From assembly GCF_001194135.2 (NCBI RefSeq), contig NC_068984.1:35487094-35535924 (forward strand): DNA of 48,831 nucleotides, written 5' to 3'. The first letter of the stretch is position 1. Each line of letters starts with the position of its first letter. Positions 35,356-46,723 of the stretch are shown here, piece after piece. A program made the position numbers and the translations under genes. The notes beneath the pieces were generated by a model. That model did no database searches. It saw only the letters and a program-made list of their open reading frames with translations, and had not been told where the DNA came from. Origin of the DNA: Octopus bimaculoides. Taxonomy: Eukaryota.

Positions 35356-38300
35356 TGTCTTTCATCCCTCCGGTGATGATAATCAATAAAATTATTAACA
35401 TTTGAGCCTATCTTCTCCAATATTGCTGGTCTTGTGCCAACATTTAAAACCTATATTAAACATATATTTAATGTAACCTGCTTTGGCACATTCTGCAACT
35501 AAATTTTTATGTTTTCTTTTTCTCAACGCCCTGTAACTTCTAGATGCACAGACTGACATATATCGATAGCGCAAAGTCGTTTCACTTTTGACTAAATTAC
35601 CCGATATTTCTTTCAATTTTGCAGGAAGAGCCTATGATATTAGCAACATTATTATTACTCACAGGGCGAACAACCGCGTAAAAGTTGGTTATAATTCCTC
35701 GATATCTCTAGGACGTGTAATCGACATGACATTAAGAATAGTGCAGAAACATGTTCTCTTGAAAAAGGAAAGGGATTATGCGATGAAAAAGGAAAAATAA
35801 AATTACTAGGTATATCTAAAACTGGTGCATGGTATTTTAAAACTATATTCTGAATACTTCTAATTTTCTCTGTATTTTTTGAAAGTATTCTCCAGTCCTT
35901 GAAAGCTATTCGATGATTTAAACAATTTCTTCAGTACTCTGTTTAATTTGATTGTATATGTTACTTATATAAATCATTTTTTAAACATTTTAATCCATTT
36001 CTATCGTTTTTGAATGCATTTTATCAGCAATGCCTTTTCAAATTTGAATATTACCATGTTTTAATTGTTGCTGTTTCACATATTCTCCTTATAAATGATT
36101 GTAAAATTCAAATGACATTCTAGTTCACATTTCCTATTTATAATAGATCTTGGTATATACGTTCATGTGACTTCCAAAAGTCAGTTTCAAAAACACATAC
36201 TTATACAATTGCCATACAAAAATGTACGTTCAGTTAACAGAAGTCAACTCAAATATTCCTTGTGGCATATTCAAATATAAAATACTTAATTGATGTCACT
36301 TTGAAACCATCTATTTCCTAGATTTAACATTAAGCTGAATAGAAAACATTAATCCAACATATTGAAGTCACAGCTTGAAATGATATCAAAATGTATATTA
36401 CAAAATTATAAATAATCCCCTGGTAAAATAGATTACTGGAAGTGACAATTGTAATAAAACATATGTATGTTTATGTGAAGTTTGTAGGCTCACACTGTAC
36501 TGTTTCTTTTACGATAGTCACTCTTATTTTATGTGTTGGGCTGATATCAGTGCCAGGAAATTTGCCAGTATGGTAGCTCATAAGGAATTCATAGAGATTA
36601 TTTTTTAAAAATTTGATATTCTTTCATGCATGTTAATTGCTTATTACAACAGTCATCTATATTCAAGCATAAAAGCTTAAACACACTTGTACAGTTGGTT
36701 TAATGAATATAATTCGATACCTTCAGAACTATTATCGCATATCAATTCTATTTCCTTAAGATTAATTTTGGACATATCGTATTTAATGAAATAGTGAATT
36801 TAATCAGTAGTCCGAATTTACACCGCAAACCAACCATGGAGTGTAAGTTATCTCTGTTTCAACCAGGCAAATAAAGCCTCTGGTTCAACGATATTTTGGT
36901 ACATTGATTTGAGCTTTGCTACTGCACCAACTCATAGATCCGAGTATTTACTTCACATGCTTCAACAACTCACGGAGTTCTTCCACAAAATCATATAGCT
37001 AATAATCTTTTCAAATTGATCAATGCATTCGTAGAAAATCCCACTTACCTGGCAACTTGTCTGCCCCGACTGAATGCTATTCTATGGTACACGAGGATTA
37101 TGATGTCGTTCATATTTTAAAATCTAATTACGCATAATGCCATATTATAGATTACACCGTTGAATGATATTACATAATAGCACGATGTCACTTGCAAACG
37201 CCAAAGAATAATAGAACACAGTTTAAAGAGTGTTGCAATGTTGAATTTTGATTGTATGTAAGTGAAATTTCTTCGTCAACAGTGGATTATACTATTTTAC
37301 GTAATATGCTCTACAATTCTGACTGTAATGAATGCATATCATTGGAAGTCAGTGACTTTCTGTCACTAAATATATTTCTGGCTTTCAGTCAAAAGCATCT
37401 TACATAAAGACTTATAAAATATATGATTCAAACATATGTGAAGTAGCTAGGCCCACGATCTAAGCAATATAGTATTGATTGATTTGCTATACATCGTAGC
37501 AAACTTTTACTAAAAAGATGCATATCATCTTAAAAAACGGCGAAAGTGTTAAATAAATTAGAACGGCATAAAATGTTTCTAAATGAGGATATTATTGCTA
37601 AGCCTGGAATGTCCTTCCTCATGAAGTCGTTAACCTAGAGCTAACCTGTTATTAACTACAGATACAACTGCGTAACATAGTTTCGCATCTCCAATTTACA
37701 TTCGAATACGTATATTTTAGTAGTTACATCTTTGTTGAATGAGGAAGTATCAGCGCTGATCTCAATGGTATATGTTGTAATACATATATTGTTGACATTA
37801 AGTGTAATGATATTTTTCCGAAATGTGAATACATTGTAGGATCAAAAGATTTTCTTTGTATATTCCACTATTCATTAATTCTATCCTTATGAAATTCAAT
37901 AACATTCATTATTTCTTATGAAGACTAAACATCAAGAAAGTTGTGTAAATAGCATTGATATAGTCCAAACGCCAAATAGAAAACAGTACATGAATACAGT
38001 AACGCAATATTTCTGCTTTCTCTTCTGTGTAACAACAAAAACTGGAACTAATATATTTATGATACTTGAAATATTTTCTGAAGGACACCCATTCTTATAA
38101 TACAATCATGCACAGTACACTCATATTTGAGGATAACTTAAAATTACGTTCATACCTGCGCATATGCATCTCTACATACTATATACATATGTCACTAGTT
38201 TCAACACAACTAACGAGAAATTCAAAATCACTAGCCGAACGTATATTTAAATTAAAAGAAATTAATTAAAATATACTAAGAATTACATAATAATAAAGCA

Positions 38301-39012
38301 TGCACACTCATATGATACCTTCTCTTGAAAGTGCAGGTTAAGCTCGGAGAAATCCCTATGCATCTTATTGAGCGGCGAAACGATTATTGACAACTGTCCT
38401 ACTAATATGATGAAACCATAAACTGAAGTTTACATTTACACAATATAGTATTGGTAATTAATTAATTGATCAAGGTTTTCAGTATCTATAGACTGGTAGC
38501 TGACAAAAAAACGTTATTTATATGTACTATGATTTATTTTCAGAACCGACTGCATAGCATGATGTTGAAATTTTACCTAATTGTATGCAAATATCCATGT
38601 ACATATGCATGTCACCACATAAAGTTTAGTGAGCAATGTTGAGGTAGTTAAAAGATCCTCCGAAAGACTGATGATATAGAAACTCAGACTAAGGCTTTAT
38701 TTTTTCGCAGTATAATAGGGGCTATTTAAATAATGAAGGGGTATATATTACTATTTTCTTATTCTCTAAACCCACGGTATATAATGATATTGAAATTGTA
38801 ACATATTTTATGCACATTTCCACGTATTTTGCATGTAATCAGTGATATGTTACAAAGTAAAAGGGTGGCATATTCGCAATGAGAATCTAAAGGCAAAATC
38901 AATAGCGGTCACAAAAAGTGACGGAAAACACAATACACGTGTGTGTACGAATCTGTGTTTTTTTTTTCTTGATCTATGAATCGGTTTATCTGTAATCATT
39001 AACCAACCAAGA

Positions 39013-39225
39013 AAGGCGGTGAGCTGGCAGAATCGTTAGCACGCTGGACGAAATGCATAGCGGTATTTCGGCCATCGCTACGTTCTGAGTTCAAATTCAG
39101 CCAAGGTGGACTTTCCTTTCATACTTTCGGGATCAATAAATTTAGCACTTAGGGACGATCTAATCATCTCATTCCCCCCGCCCCCGCCAAAATTTCAGAC
39201 GTTGTGCCTATAGCAGAAAGGATTA
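39013..39225 (+). mobile_element. SINE family B
   Basis: AAGGCGGTGAGCTGGCAGAATCGTTAGCACGCTGGACGAAATGC...GTTCTGAGTTCAAATTC...CTTTCATACTTTCGGGATCAATAAA...GTGCCTATAGCAGAAAGGATTA. Confidence 0.88.
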
Positions 39226-39889
39226 ATCAGCCAAGAGTAAGCAGATATCTACGTGATGAAATCACACTGACATTGTAACCTTCGCCTAGGATCAGATTGA
39301 ACATTCGATTGCGTCTTGTATTTTGTTTTTCGCTGTATCCATCCTTGTTATATTGTTTTATTTAACGTGTTTCATTATCACTGTAAAGCATATTATTTGA
39401 TTTACTTATTTATTTTATATTATTTTATTTTTGATTCTTTGTATGTCACAGTATTTCTGATACGAGGAGTGTTCTTTGTTATAAACCTTGCTTCACGTGT
39501 ATACGAGTAGCAATCGACAACTACCAAAGTTTTGTTCTAAATCGAAATAAGTGAAACGGAGACAAAAGCTTATGAAAAGTTACCTGACGAGACAAACATG
39601 CACCAAATATGCACCACAACTTATTTGTAGTCCCACACGCGAGGTACCGATGCAGGATGGTGCAAAAACTTCGTGGTGAATAATAAAGTGTCACGTGATT
39701 TCCATTTGATTTTCTTTTTTTCATATTTCATTTACTCTATAGACACGAAAGAATTCTTGAAGTATACTCAGTAGCATCTGAATCCATACTGTTGATGACA
39801 TGAGGTTTAAGCAGCATATGACCAGGTGCACACTCCAATGTGTAAAATTATTACTTGTATGTGCGACTGATTATGTTTACATTGTTAGA

Positions 39890-40020
39890 TCTGTTTTTAA
39901 TTCGAAGAAGTACCAGGCTTGAAAAATATAACTATTATGGTCGATTGATTCGACTAAACTTCTTCAAGGCGGTGCCCACGCATGGCTGCAGTCTAACAAC
40001 TGAAACTAGTAATGTATTAA
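39890..40020 (+). mobile_element. SINE family A 3' tail fragment
   Basis: AAGTACCAGGCTT...GGTCGATTGATTCGACTAAAC...AAGGCGGTGCCCACGCATGGCTGCAGTC...ACTGAAAC. Confidence 0.7.
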
Positions 40021-41510
40021 GTATAACACATAAAATGCTACCAGCAAGTCGCTCTGAAAAGTCTATATAATAATCGCCACATGCAAAGAACACATCTTAC
40101 TGCAGTCCATGACTGAAAAATAGCATGAAGTAATAAGACACCTGAAAACGACTGGATTAAAACGAAAACGTATGTCAGCGGCAGCGATGAATAAAAAATT
40201 ATTTCATCCTAAATGAGGTAAAAAATAAAGTATGTAGTTGAACAAAGGAAATCAAAATGAAATCATACGCTTTTGAATTATTATTCTTTTCACTTCATAT
40301 ATTTTATAAATCAATTTTTTTTATAACCTCCGGAGGAGTTGCACTTAATACATTCGCAAAATTACTCTTCTTATACTTTGCTATGTAGTATGGCGATTGG
40401 ACATTCATTTAATTTTTATACTAGAAACTCATTGGTTAAAAGTTGCAGTTATTAAAATTATTTTCGCACTTTATATGCAGAAGTAAGATTATATTTCGTA
40501 TGTGTATTTCGTGTGCAAGATTCTTGATGTGGATACGTGTGTTGAAAGAAATACAATTAAACCTTGGGAGAGGCATTATGCCGGTAATAAACACACGCAC
40601 TGGTTCAGTCCTTTATTAATTTAATTTATATAGTTTTTTGTTAAATTATTTCATTGCACTCTTGCAATCTCTTCAGTAACTTGTCTCTCCACTTCCATTT
40701 ATTTTGAATATATGATCTGGCGTTGTTTTGGCGTTGTTTCGAAACAGTTTGGTATGAGCATGTGAGTGTGTGCAAGTTCGTATGTGTGCACGCTCATATG
40801 TGTGCACGCNNNNNNNNNNNNNNNNNNNNNNNNNNNNNNNNNNNNNNNNNNNNNNNNNNNNNNNNNNNNNNNNNNNNNNNNNNNNNNNNNNNNNNNNNNN
40901 NNNNNNNNNNNNNNNNNNNNNNNNNNNNNNNNNNNNNNNNNNNNNNNNNNNNNNNNNNNNNNNNNNNNNNNNNNNNNNNNNNNNNNNNNNNNNNNNNNNN
41001 NNNNNNNNNNNNNNNNNNNNNNNNNNNNNNNNNNNNNNNNNNNNNNNNNNNNNNNNNNNNNNNNNNNNNNNNNNNNNNNNNNNNNNNNNNNNNNNNNNNN
41101 NNNNNNNNNNNNNNNNNNNNNNNNNNNNNNNNNNNNNNNNNNNNNNNNNNNNNNNNNNNNNNNNNNNNNNNNNNNNNNNNNNNNNNNNNNNNNNNNNNNN
41201 NNNNNNNNNNNNNNNNNNNNNNNNNNNNNNNNNNNNNNNNNNNNNNNNNNNNNNNNNNNNNNNNNNNNNNNNNNNNNNNNNNNNNNNNNNNNNNNNNNNN
41301 NNNNNNNNNNNNNNNNNNNNNNNNNNNNNNNNNNNNNNNNNNNNNNNNNNNNNNNNNNNNNNNNNNNNNNNNNNNNNNNNNNNNNNNNNNNNNNNNNNNN
41401 NNNNNNNNNNNNNNNNNNNNNNNNNNNNNNNNNNNNNNNNNNNNNNNNNNNNNNNNNNNNNNNNNNNNNNNNNNNNNNNNNNNNNNNNNNNNNNNNNNNN
41501 NNNNNNNNNN

Positions 41511-41890
41511 GATATGTTTTACATATTATTGATCTAATTGATCTCCCTGGTTTTTCTATAACATTTATCCTCAACTTGGTACTTTTGAGGATTTTTCGAA
41601 ATCTGCGGGCCAGTTCGCCGTGTGGCGTGGCGTCCACAAACATTACTCCCTGGAACTTGTCGGTATTGTACCACGTGGTATTTTTGTTTGTTTTGTCACT
41701 AATCCTTTGTAGTCTATTCCACTGTTTGTTACAGTATCTAGGTTGTGTTCCATTTGTATCTTTGACAACAATCTCCTCAAATTTCTTGTTAGCTCCTCTG
41801 TATACCCGGATTCTATCTTTCTGGCTGTATCCCGAAATTTGCATGCGATGCATGAAGTCTTGAAGATTATAGATTTGCATGTAATTATCT
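41511..41890 (-). mobile_element. Penelope-like element fragment (post-RT thumb/linker), second family
   Basis: LQDFMHRMQISGYSQKDRIRVY...VMFVDATPHGELARRFRKILKS..LRINVIEKPGRSIRSII fits the PLE region between RT and GIY-YIG; it continues into a gap. Confidence 0.7.
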
Positions 41891-41944
41891 AATACTGAGG
41901 TAATATGAAATTTAAAATAAATGAAATATTTATATCCATATAAT

Positions 41945-42010
41945 AAAGGTGGTGCTCCAGCATGGCTACAGTCAGATGACTGAAACAAGTAAAGGAATGA
42001 AAGAATAAAA
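41945..42010 (+). mobile_element. SINE family A 3' terminus
   Basis: AAAGGTGGTGCTCCAGCATGGCTACAGTCAGATGACTGAAACAAGTAAAGGAAT. Confidence 0.75.
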
Positions 42011-42439
42011 TAATGTGATTCGAGAAATAATTCAATTATTGAAAAGTGCATCATAGTGTGAAACTTTAAAGCTAATCTTTGCTCCTATATGTTGTATTAG
42101 ATATGATATAAACTAAAAAGTCTTCCAATCAATTCTGTGCTGGAAGTATCCGCTTTGTAGAGAAAGAATATATTTACGCTAATTTTTCGAAGGTGGTTTA
42201 CATTTTTTATTGTAATTTCAGTCCTATTTAAGTAGAGGTAAGCAAATATGCATACACGCATAAATGTATGTGAGTGTATAGAGACATACACGCACACACG
42301 CATGCATTTATGTATGCAGGAATTTATATATACAAAAATAGATAGAAATGAGTGTATATACGTGAATACATGTAACATACAAGAGTTACATGCCTCTCTC
42401 CCTCTTTTTTATCACTTCCTGTTATTGATTTGACCTTAC

Positions 42440-42830
42440 AACCACATTCCCAACTTTTAAGTCAGTTCAAAAAATCCCTCGATCAAATAACACCGTTTAC
42501 AAGACACTATACTTGGAAGGACCAATTATAAACACCATTGGAACTCACACACAAGGTACAAAAAATTTAAATATATACAAAATTCTGCTTAACTAATGGG
42601 ACTGCAGATGCAATATCCTTACGTATCTCACGTCTGTTTACATTTCCTCCACTTCACTTTGTATTTCATATCTTCTCTATAATGACTATTACTTAAACAT
42701 TTTGTCGCACCGTCTCTGATGAAGAGATATATAAAATATCACGGAAACAGCTATAAGAAATTCTTTTTATAAATGTTCTAAAAACTTTCACAGCCGTGGA
42801 TTTTTTTATCTCATTCTTTTAATTGATATA
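42440..42830 (+). mobile_element. about 380-bp hammerhead-bearing repeat, copy 2
   Basis: Colinear with 28985-29360; ends in (TA)n. Confidence 0.75.
42711..42758 (+). ncRNA. minimal hammerhead motif with intact core
   Basis: CGTCT-CTGATGA-A-GAGATAT(ataaa)ATATCAC-G-GAAA-CAGCTATA-AGA. The two-copy consensus stem III ACAGCTGT is a palindrome with a GUA triplet; stem I TCT/AGA. Confidence 0.65.
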
Positions 42831-42846
42831 TATATATATATATACA

Positions 42847-43020
42847 CAGGGTGTCCACAAAGTCTGGTTACGTGTGGATTAACACATACTTTAAGAAATT
42901 TAATTGTTTATATTTAATAAACAATTAAATATAAGAAATAATAAGAAATTATTATTTCTTATATTTAATTGTTTATGTTATGATTTTATTTACTCCGTGT
43001 ACCCAGACCTTGTGGACACG

Positions 43021-43023
<3 letters not shown>
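42847..43023. mobile_element. Tc1/mariner-type MITE inserted in (TA)n
   Basis: TIRs CAGGGTGTCCACAAAGTCTGGTTAC / GTACCCAGACCTTGTGGACACGCT; TA flanks; internal 27-bp perfect hairpin. Confidence 0.8.
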
Positions 43024-43054
<31 letters not shown>

Positions 43055-43057
<3 letters not shown>

Positions 43058-43086
43058 TTAAACGTTTCAGCCAGTGCATCAGACCA
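43055..43086 (-). ncRNA. hammerhead remnant at the Penelope 3' end
   Basis: TGGT-CTGAT[gaa missing]GC(actg)GCT-GAAA-CGTTTA-ACCA. Stem I TGGT/ACCA; restoring 3 nt gives CTGATGA-AGC/GCT. Confidence 0.5.
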
Positions 43087-44250
43087 TGCAGTATCAGTAC
43101 CGTTCAATGTAACTGGGTTGGTTTCTTTTTCCGTACAATTTCTGATAAAGTGGGCGGAGCTGCTCTTCCATGTTCTTCCTATGTTGATGAGGTTTCACTT
43201 GGTATCGCAGATAAATACGTCTGTTGATATTTTTGAACACATTCACACCTACATCTCGCAAATCTTTGAGACTTCTTGTCAAAAAGTTAAATAGCTATGC
43301 GTCTTTGTAACAAGCCTTTACAATTTTTTACAGTTTCTAGCAATCTATTTATGGGGATTTTTATTACAATATATTACCGTCAAGTTCTGATGTCGGTGAA
43401 TTGTACAGCTTTGTGTGATCGACTTTCCTGTCGATCCTATATAGTTCTTATGGCAGCCCAAACATCTAATTACATAAATGAGGTTTCCAAAGGCGCAAGT
43501 AAAGTTGGATTTAATTTTGAAAATTTTACCCTTGTGTAGAATAGAATTCTGATCCGTCCAAAAGATTGGGATATGTTCCGCAGTTAGGGCGACCATGCAT
43601 TTTTATTCTTGCATCCGTTATTCTTAAGAATAATTTAGTATTTGTGAGGATCTTCTTTGATGTCTTTGGTTGTTTACAGCTTTTAATAATCAATATGAGT
43701 ACGTAGAATTTCCTTCAGTTTGGGGTCCTTATGAAGTATTGGAAGATTTTGGACAATGATTTTAAACGCTTCTTTGTTTCTGGAGTTGTAGAGTTTACAG
43801 AGTAGATGTGTTATTGTGTTCGACATTTCTTAATATAATATTTTTATGTAAATCGATTTTGCATGTTTAACCCTTTCATTTATGAGTTGAATGGGAAGTG
43901 TCTATTATGGAGGACGTTTTTAAGCGCTTTCTATCTTAGTTCTCTGTTATCTTTTTCGGACACTAAGGTGTAGAGCCTTTTTCCATGTTTCAAGGAGATA
44001 TTTGTTTTGATATGTCTCGGATGGCATGAGCTAATAAGAAATACTGTTTAGCGTTGGTGGCTTTGTAAAAAGATGTCCGTTTCAATTTTTTCATCTTTTT
44101 AACCAATATATCTAGGAATGAGAGTTCCTGTTGGTTGTGTTCCAATATTTAAACATACAGATTTACCTTCCCTTTACTGAAAAATACCTTGGTTACCAAT
44201 TATCTCTCCTAGCAAACAAAATGTCTAATACAGAATTACATCCAAAATTC
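43055..44250 (-). mobile_element. Penelope-like element (Neptune-like), 5'-truncated, third copy
   Basis: QQELSFLDILVKK (RT thumb), GRPNCGTYPNLL (Cys linker), FTCAFGNLIYVIRCLGCHKNYIGSTGKS (GIY-YIG); the 3' UTR ends at (TA)n. Confidence 0.88.
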
Positions 44251-44419
44251 AAAATTTGAAAAGCAATATAGAAACTGGTTATGTTGGAAAGAAAATTCCT
44301 ATTTTGTGCAATATTGTATAATACTTTTTCTATTATGGTTCTAATATATTCTTTAGCCTTGTAAAACAAATCTTCCGTGGTTTTTCCTTTTATTTATTTC
44401 CGTATGTATACATATGTGT

Positions 44420-44630
44420 ATATGTTTATACGTATGCGTTTCTGTGTCTCTGTTTGTCGGCCACCATCGCTTGACAACCGATGTTATGTTGTTTACGTCC
44501 CCGTAACTTAGCAGTTCGGCAAATGAAACCAATAGAATAAGTACATGGCTTACAATGAACAAGTCTTGGGATCGATTTGTTCCACTAAACTCGGTATTCA
44601 GGTATGGCCTAAATCAAATTACTGAAACAT
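44420..44630 (+). mobile_element. SINE family A, 3' half
   Basis: CCACCATCGCTTGACAACCGATG...TTTACGTCCCCGTAACTTAGCAGTTCGGC...AATAAGTAC...GATCGATTTG. Confidence 0.82.
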
Positions 44631-44667
44631 ATATATATATGTGTGTGTGTGTGTGTGTATAGATATT

Positions 44668-44707
<40 letters not shown>

Positions 44708-44756
44708 TTTATATTTATACACACACACACACACGTTTATATATATATATATATCT

Positions 44757-44960
44757 TTTACTCTTTTACTTGTTTCAGTCATTTGACTGTGGCCATGCTG
44801 GAGCACCGTCTTTTAGTCGAGCTAATCGACCCCTGGACTTATTTTTGTAAGCCTAGTACTTATTTTATCGGGCTCTATAGCCGAACCGCTAAGTTACGGG
44901 GACGTAAACACTCCAGCATCGGTTGTCAACACAGATACACAAACATATACACACCCATGC
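44757..44960 (-). mobile_element. SINE family A, 3' half, inverted relative to 44420-44630
   Basis: TTTTACTCTTTTACTTGTTTCAGTCATTTGACTGTGGCCATGCTGGAGCACC...CGAACCGCTAAGTTACGGGGACGTAAACA...CATCGGTTGTCAA. Confidence 0.88.
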
Positions 44961-46118
44961 ACAAATATATATACTTACCACACAGCCACTCATACGCCTA
45001 TATATATATATATATTTAGTTTTCATATATTATGAATATTTATGTATATATATGGTTGTGTGTGGCTATGTGTGTATTACCTATATATTTCTGAGTATGC
45101 AATTGACATAAACACATATACGCACACCTGTATATATATATATATATATACACATATAAAAGTAATTGGATAAGATCATATTTACCCAGGTGAATATACA
45201 TACGAAAATAGATATAGAATAAACATTCTTTATGCATTAAAGGAAAACAATACACACATATATATAAAAGAAAGCATGCATATACACGCTTAATACACAA
45301 ATGTTTCTCCTCAACATATATGCAAACATGTACGGATTCACACATATCGGCACATACAATCCCACAAACGCAGAGATGTTCTTAGATATACACCTACAGA
45401 AGCATCTAGTTTATAATGACTTTGAAATAATTCCTTGAAAGTGTGAATAACGTGATGATTGCATGATAGTACAATAAACAAATATAATTACTCAATGTCG
45501 TATCATAAACAAATCAGTTAATTACAAAATAAGCAATATTTTCAATACAACGCAATGCTCGAGTGTAGGGCATCAGCTATTTGTTTCAATAAACTTTGCA
45601 AATTTATATGTAGATCACATTTGTAGAAAATGAAAATTTATATCAGTTACCGATGAATTGGTGAGATAAAACAAATTTCAATGTTGTTTCAACAATGACA
45701 AAAATTGACCCGGCATATTAATGAAAGGTTATTAATAATTTGCTGTATGATTCTCGATTTTTATCTTTGCTTAGCCATAATCTTCGTTGAGAGTGACCGA
45801 AATAAAACTCACGCAGTTTTTAGTTTGCACAAACCGTTTCTTCGTGTGTGTTTACAAAATCATCTTTGGATTCGTAACTCAGATTTTTCAAGTAAATGAA
45901 TTATTTGAACTCCAGTTGCATTGATGTAAGATATCATGTTATTAATGAATAGTTTCCTTTGACTTTGTGTAACCCGCAAAATCATGATAACCTAGCAGAA
46001 AGATAGGTCCCATTGGCACAACATGATAGCCTTTAATTTGAATGCTGGGTGTTTTTGTTGTAATTTGAGGAATGAACGAAGTAAATTTCCAAACTTTTGC
46101 AAGAAATAAAGTAAAAGT

Positions 46119-46361
46119 TTATTACTGTTCTTATGTGAACTCCTGTCCATTGTCTGGAAATCTTTCGTTACACACCTGTGACCAATTCAGCGACAATTTC
46201 GTTCCTCGTGTCTGCTCCTGCTTCGCTTAATCCATTCTCTGGGAATGGACTCAGTGGGGCAGGAGCACACACGAGGATGGAAAGTGTCGCTGAAAAGGTC
46301 ACAAATGTGTGACGAAAGTTTGGCTGACAAGGGACTTGAGTTAAAATAAGAACAGAAATAA
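46119..46361. repeat. 243-bp foldback (119-bp arms, 5-nt loop), possibly a MITE
   Basis: Arm 46119-46237 matches the reverse complement of 46243-46361 at 95/119 positions without gaps (manual alignment). Confidence 0.9.
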
Positions 46362-46680
46362 ACGAATAAAGAACGAATATATAGTGCAGGTGTTTATTTG
46401 CCCCCCCCCCAAAAAAAAAGAAACGAAACAGAAATGACCATCTCCATATATAAACAGTATAAGTTTCAATTCACGGTTCCACATCAGCAATCTTACAACA
46501 CAAATTCATAAATATAACAAAGCAAAAGTATTCATAAAACCAATTTTATAATTCTTGCTGATGTTCAAGATATCATACGTTTACTTTTATTTTTAATCGC
46601 ATTATCCATTTCCTTTTGTAAGAGATTTCGTTTATCCACCATTCGTATATGTATATCATTTTAAACAAAAAAAGATATGG

Positions 46681-46723
46681 CAGTAACTTCGAAGTTTCGA
46701 CCTTTTGATTCATCGTTGGACTG
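46681..46723 (-). ncRNA. degenerate minimal hammerhead motif
   Basis: Minus strand CAGT-CCAACGA-TGAATC(aaaa)GGTC-GAAA-CTTCGAAG-TT-ACTG. Stem I CAGT/ACTG, palindromic stem III ACTTCGAAGT, GUU triplet; core CTGA changed to CCAA. Confidence 0.5.

Noticed and set aside
37043-37054. U1 snRNA 5' end (ACTTACCTGGCA)
   Set aside because: The match stops after 12 nt, with no U1 stem-loops or Sm site; better read as an antisense donor consensus.
37560-37640. CR1/L2-like 3' remnant (WNVLPHEVVN)
   Set aside because: Only about 10 residues resemble the motif, with no supporting upstream RT; too weak to call.
38665-38690. CTGATGA-TATA-GAAA
   Set aside because: No stem II or stem I pairing; a chance match.
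40699-42054. 451-aa ORF as a single gene
   Set aside because: It is a chimera of a SINE tail, about 125 aa of a Penelope-like element and a 700-nt gap.
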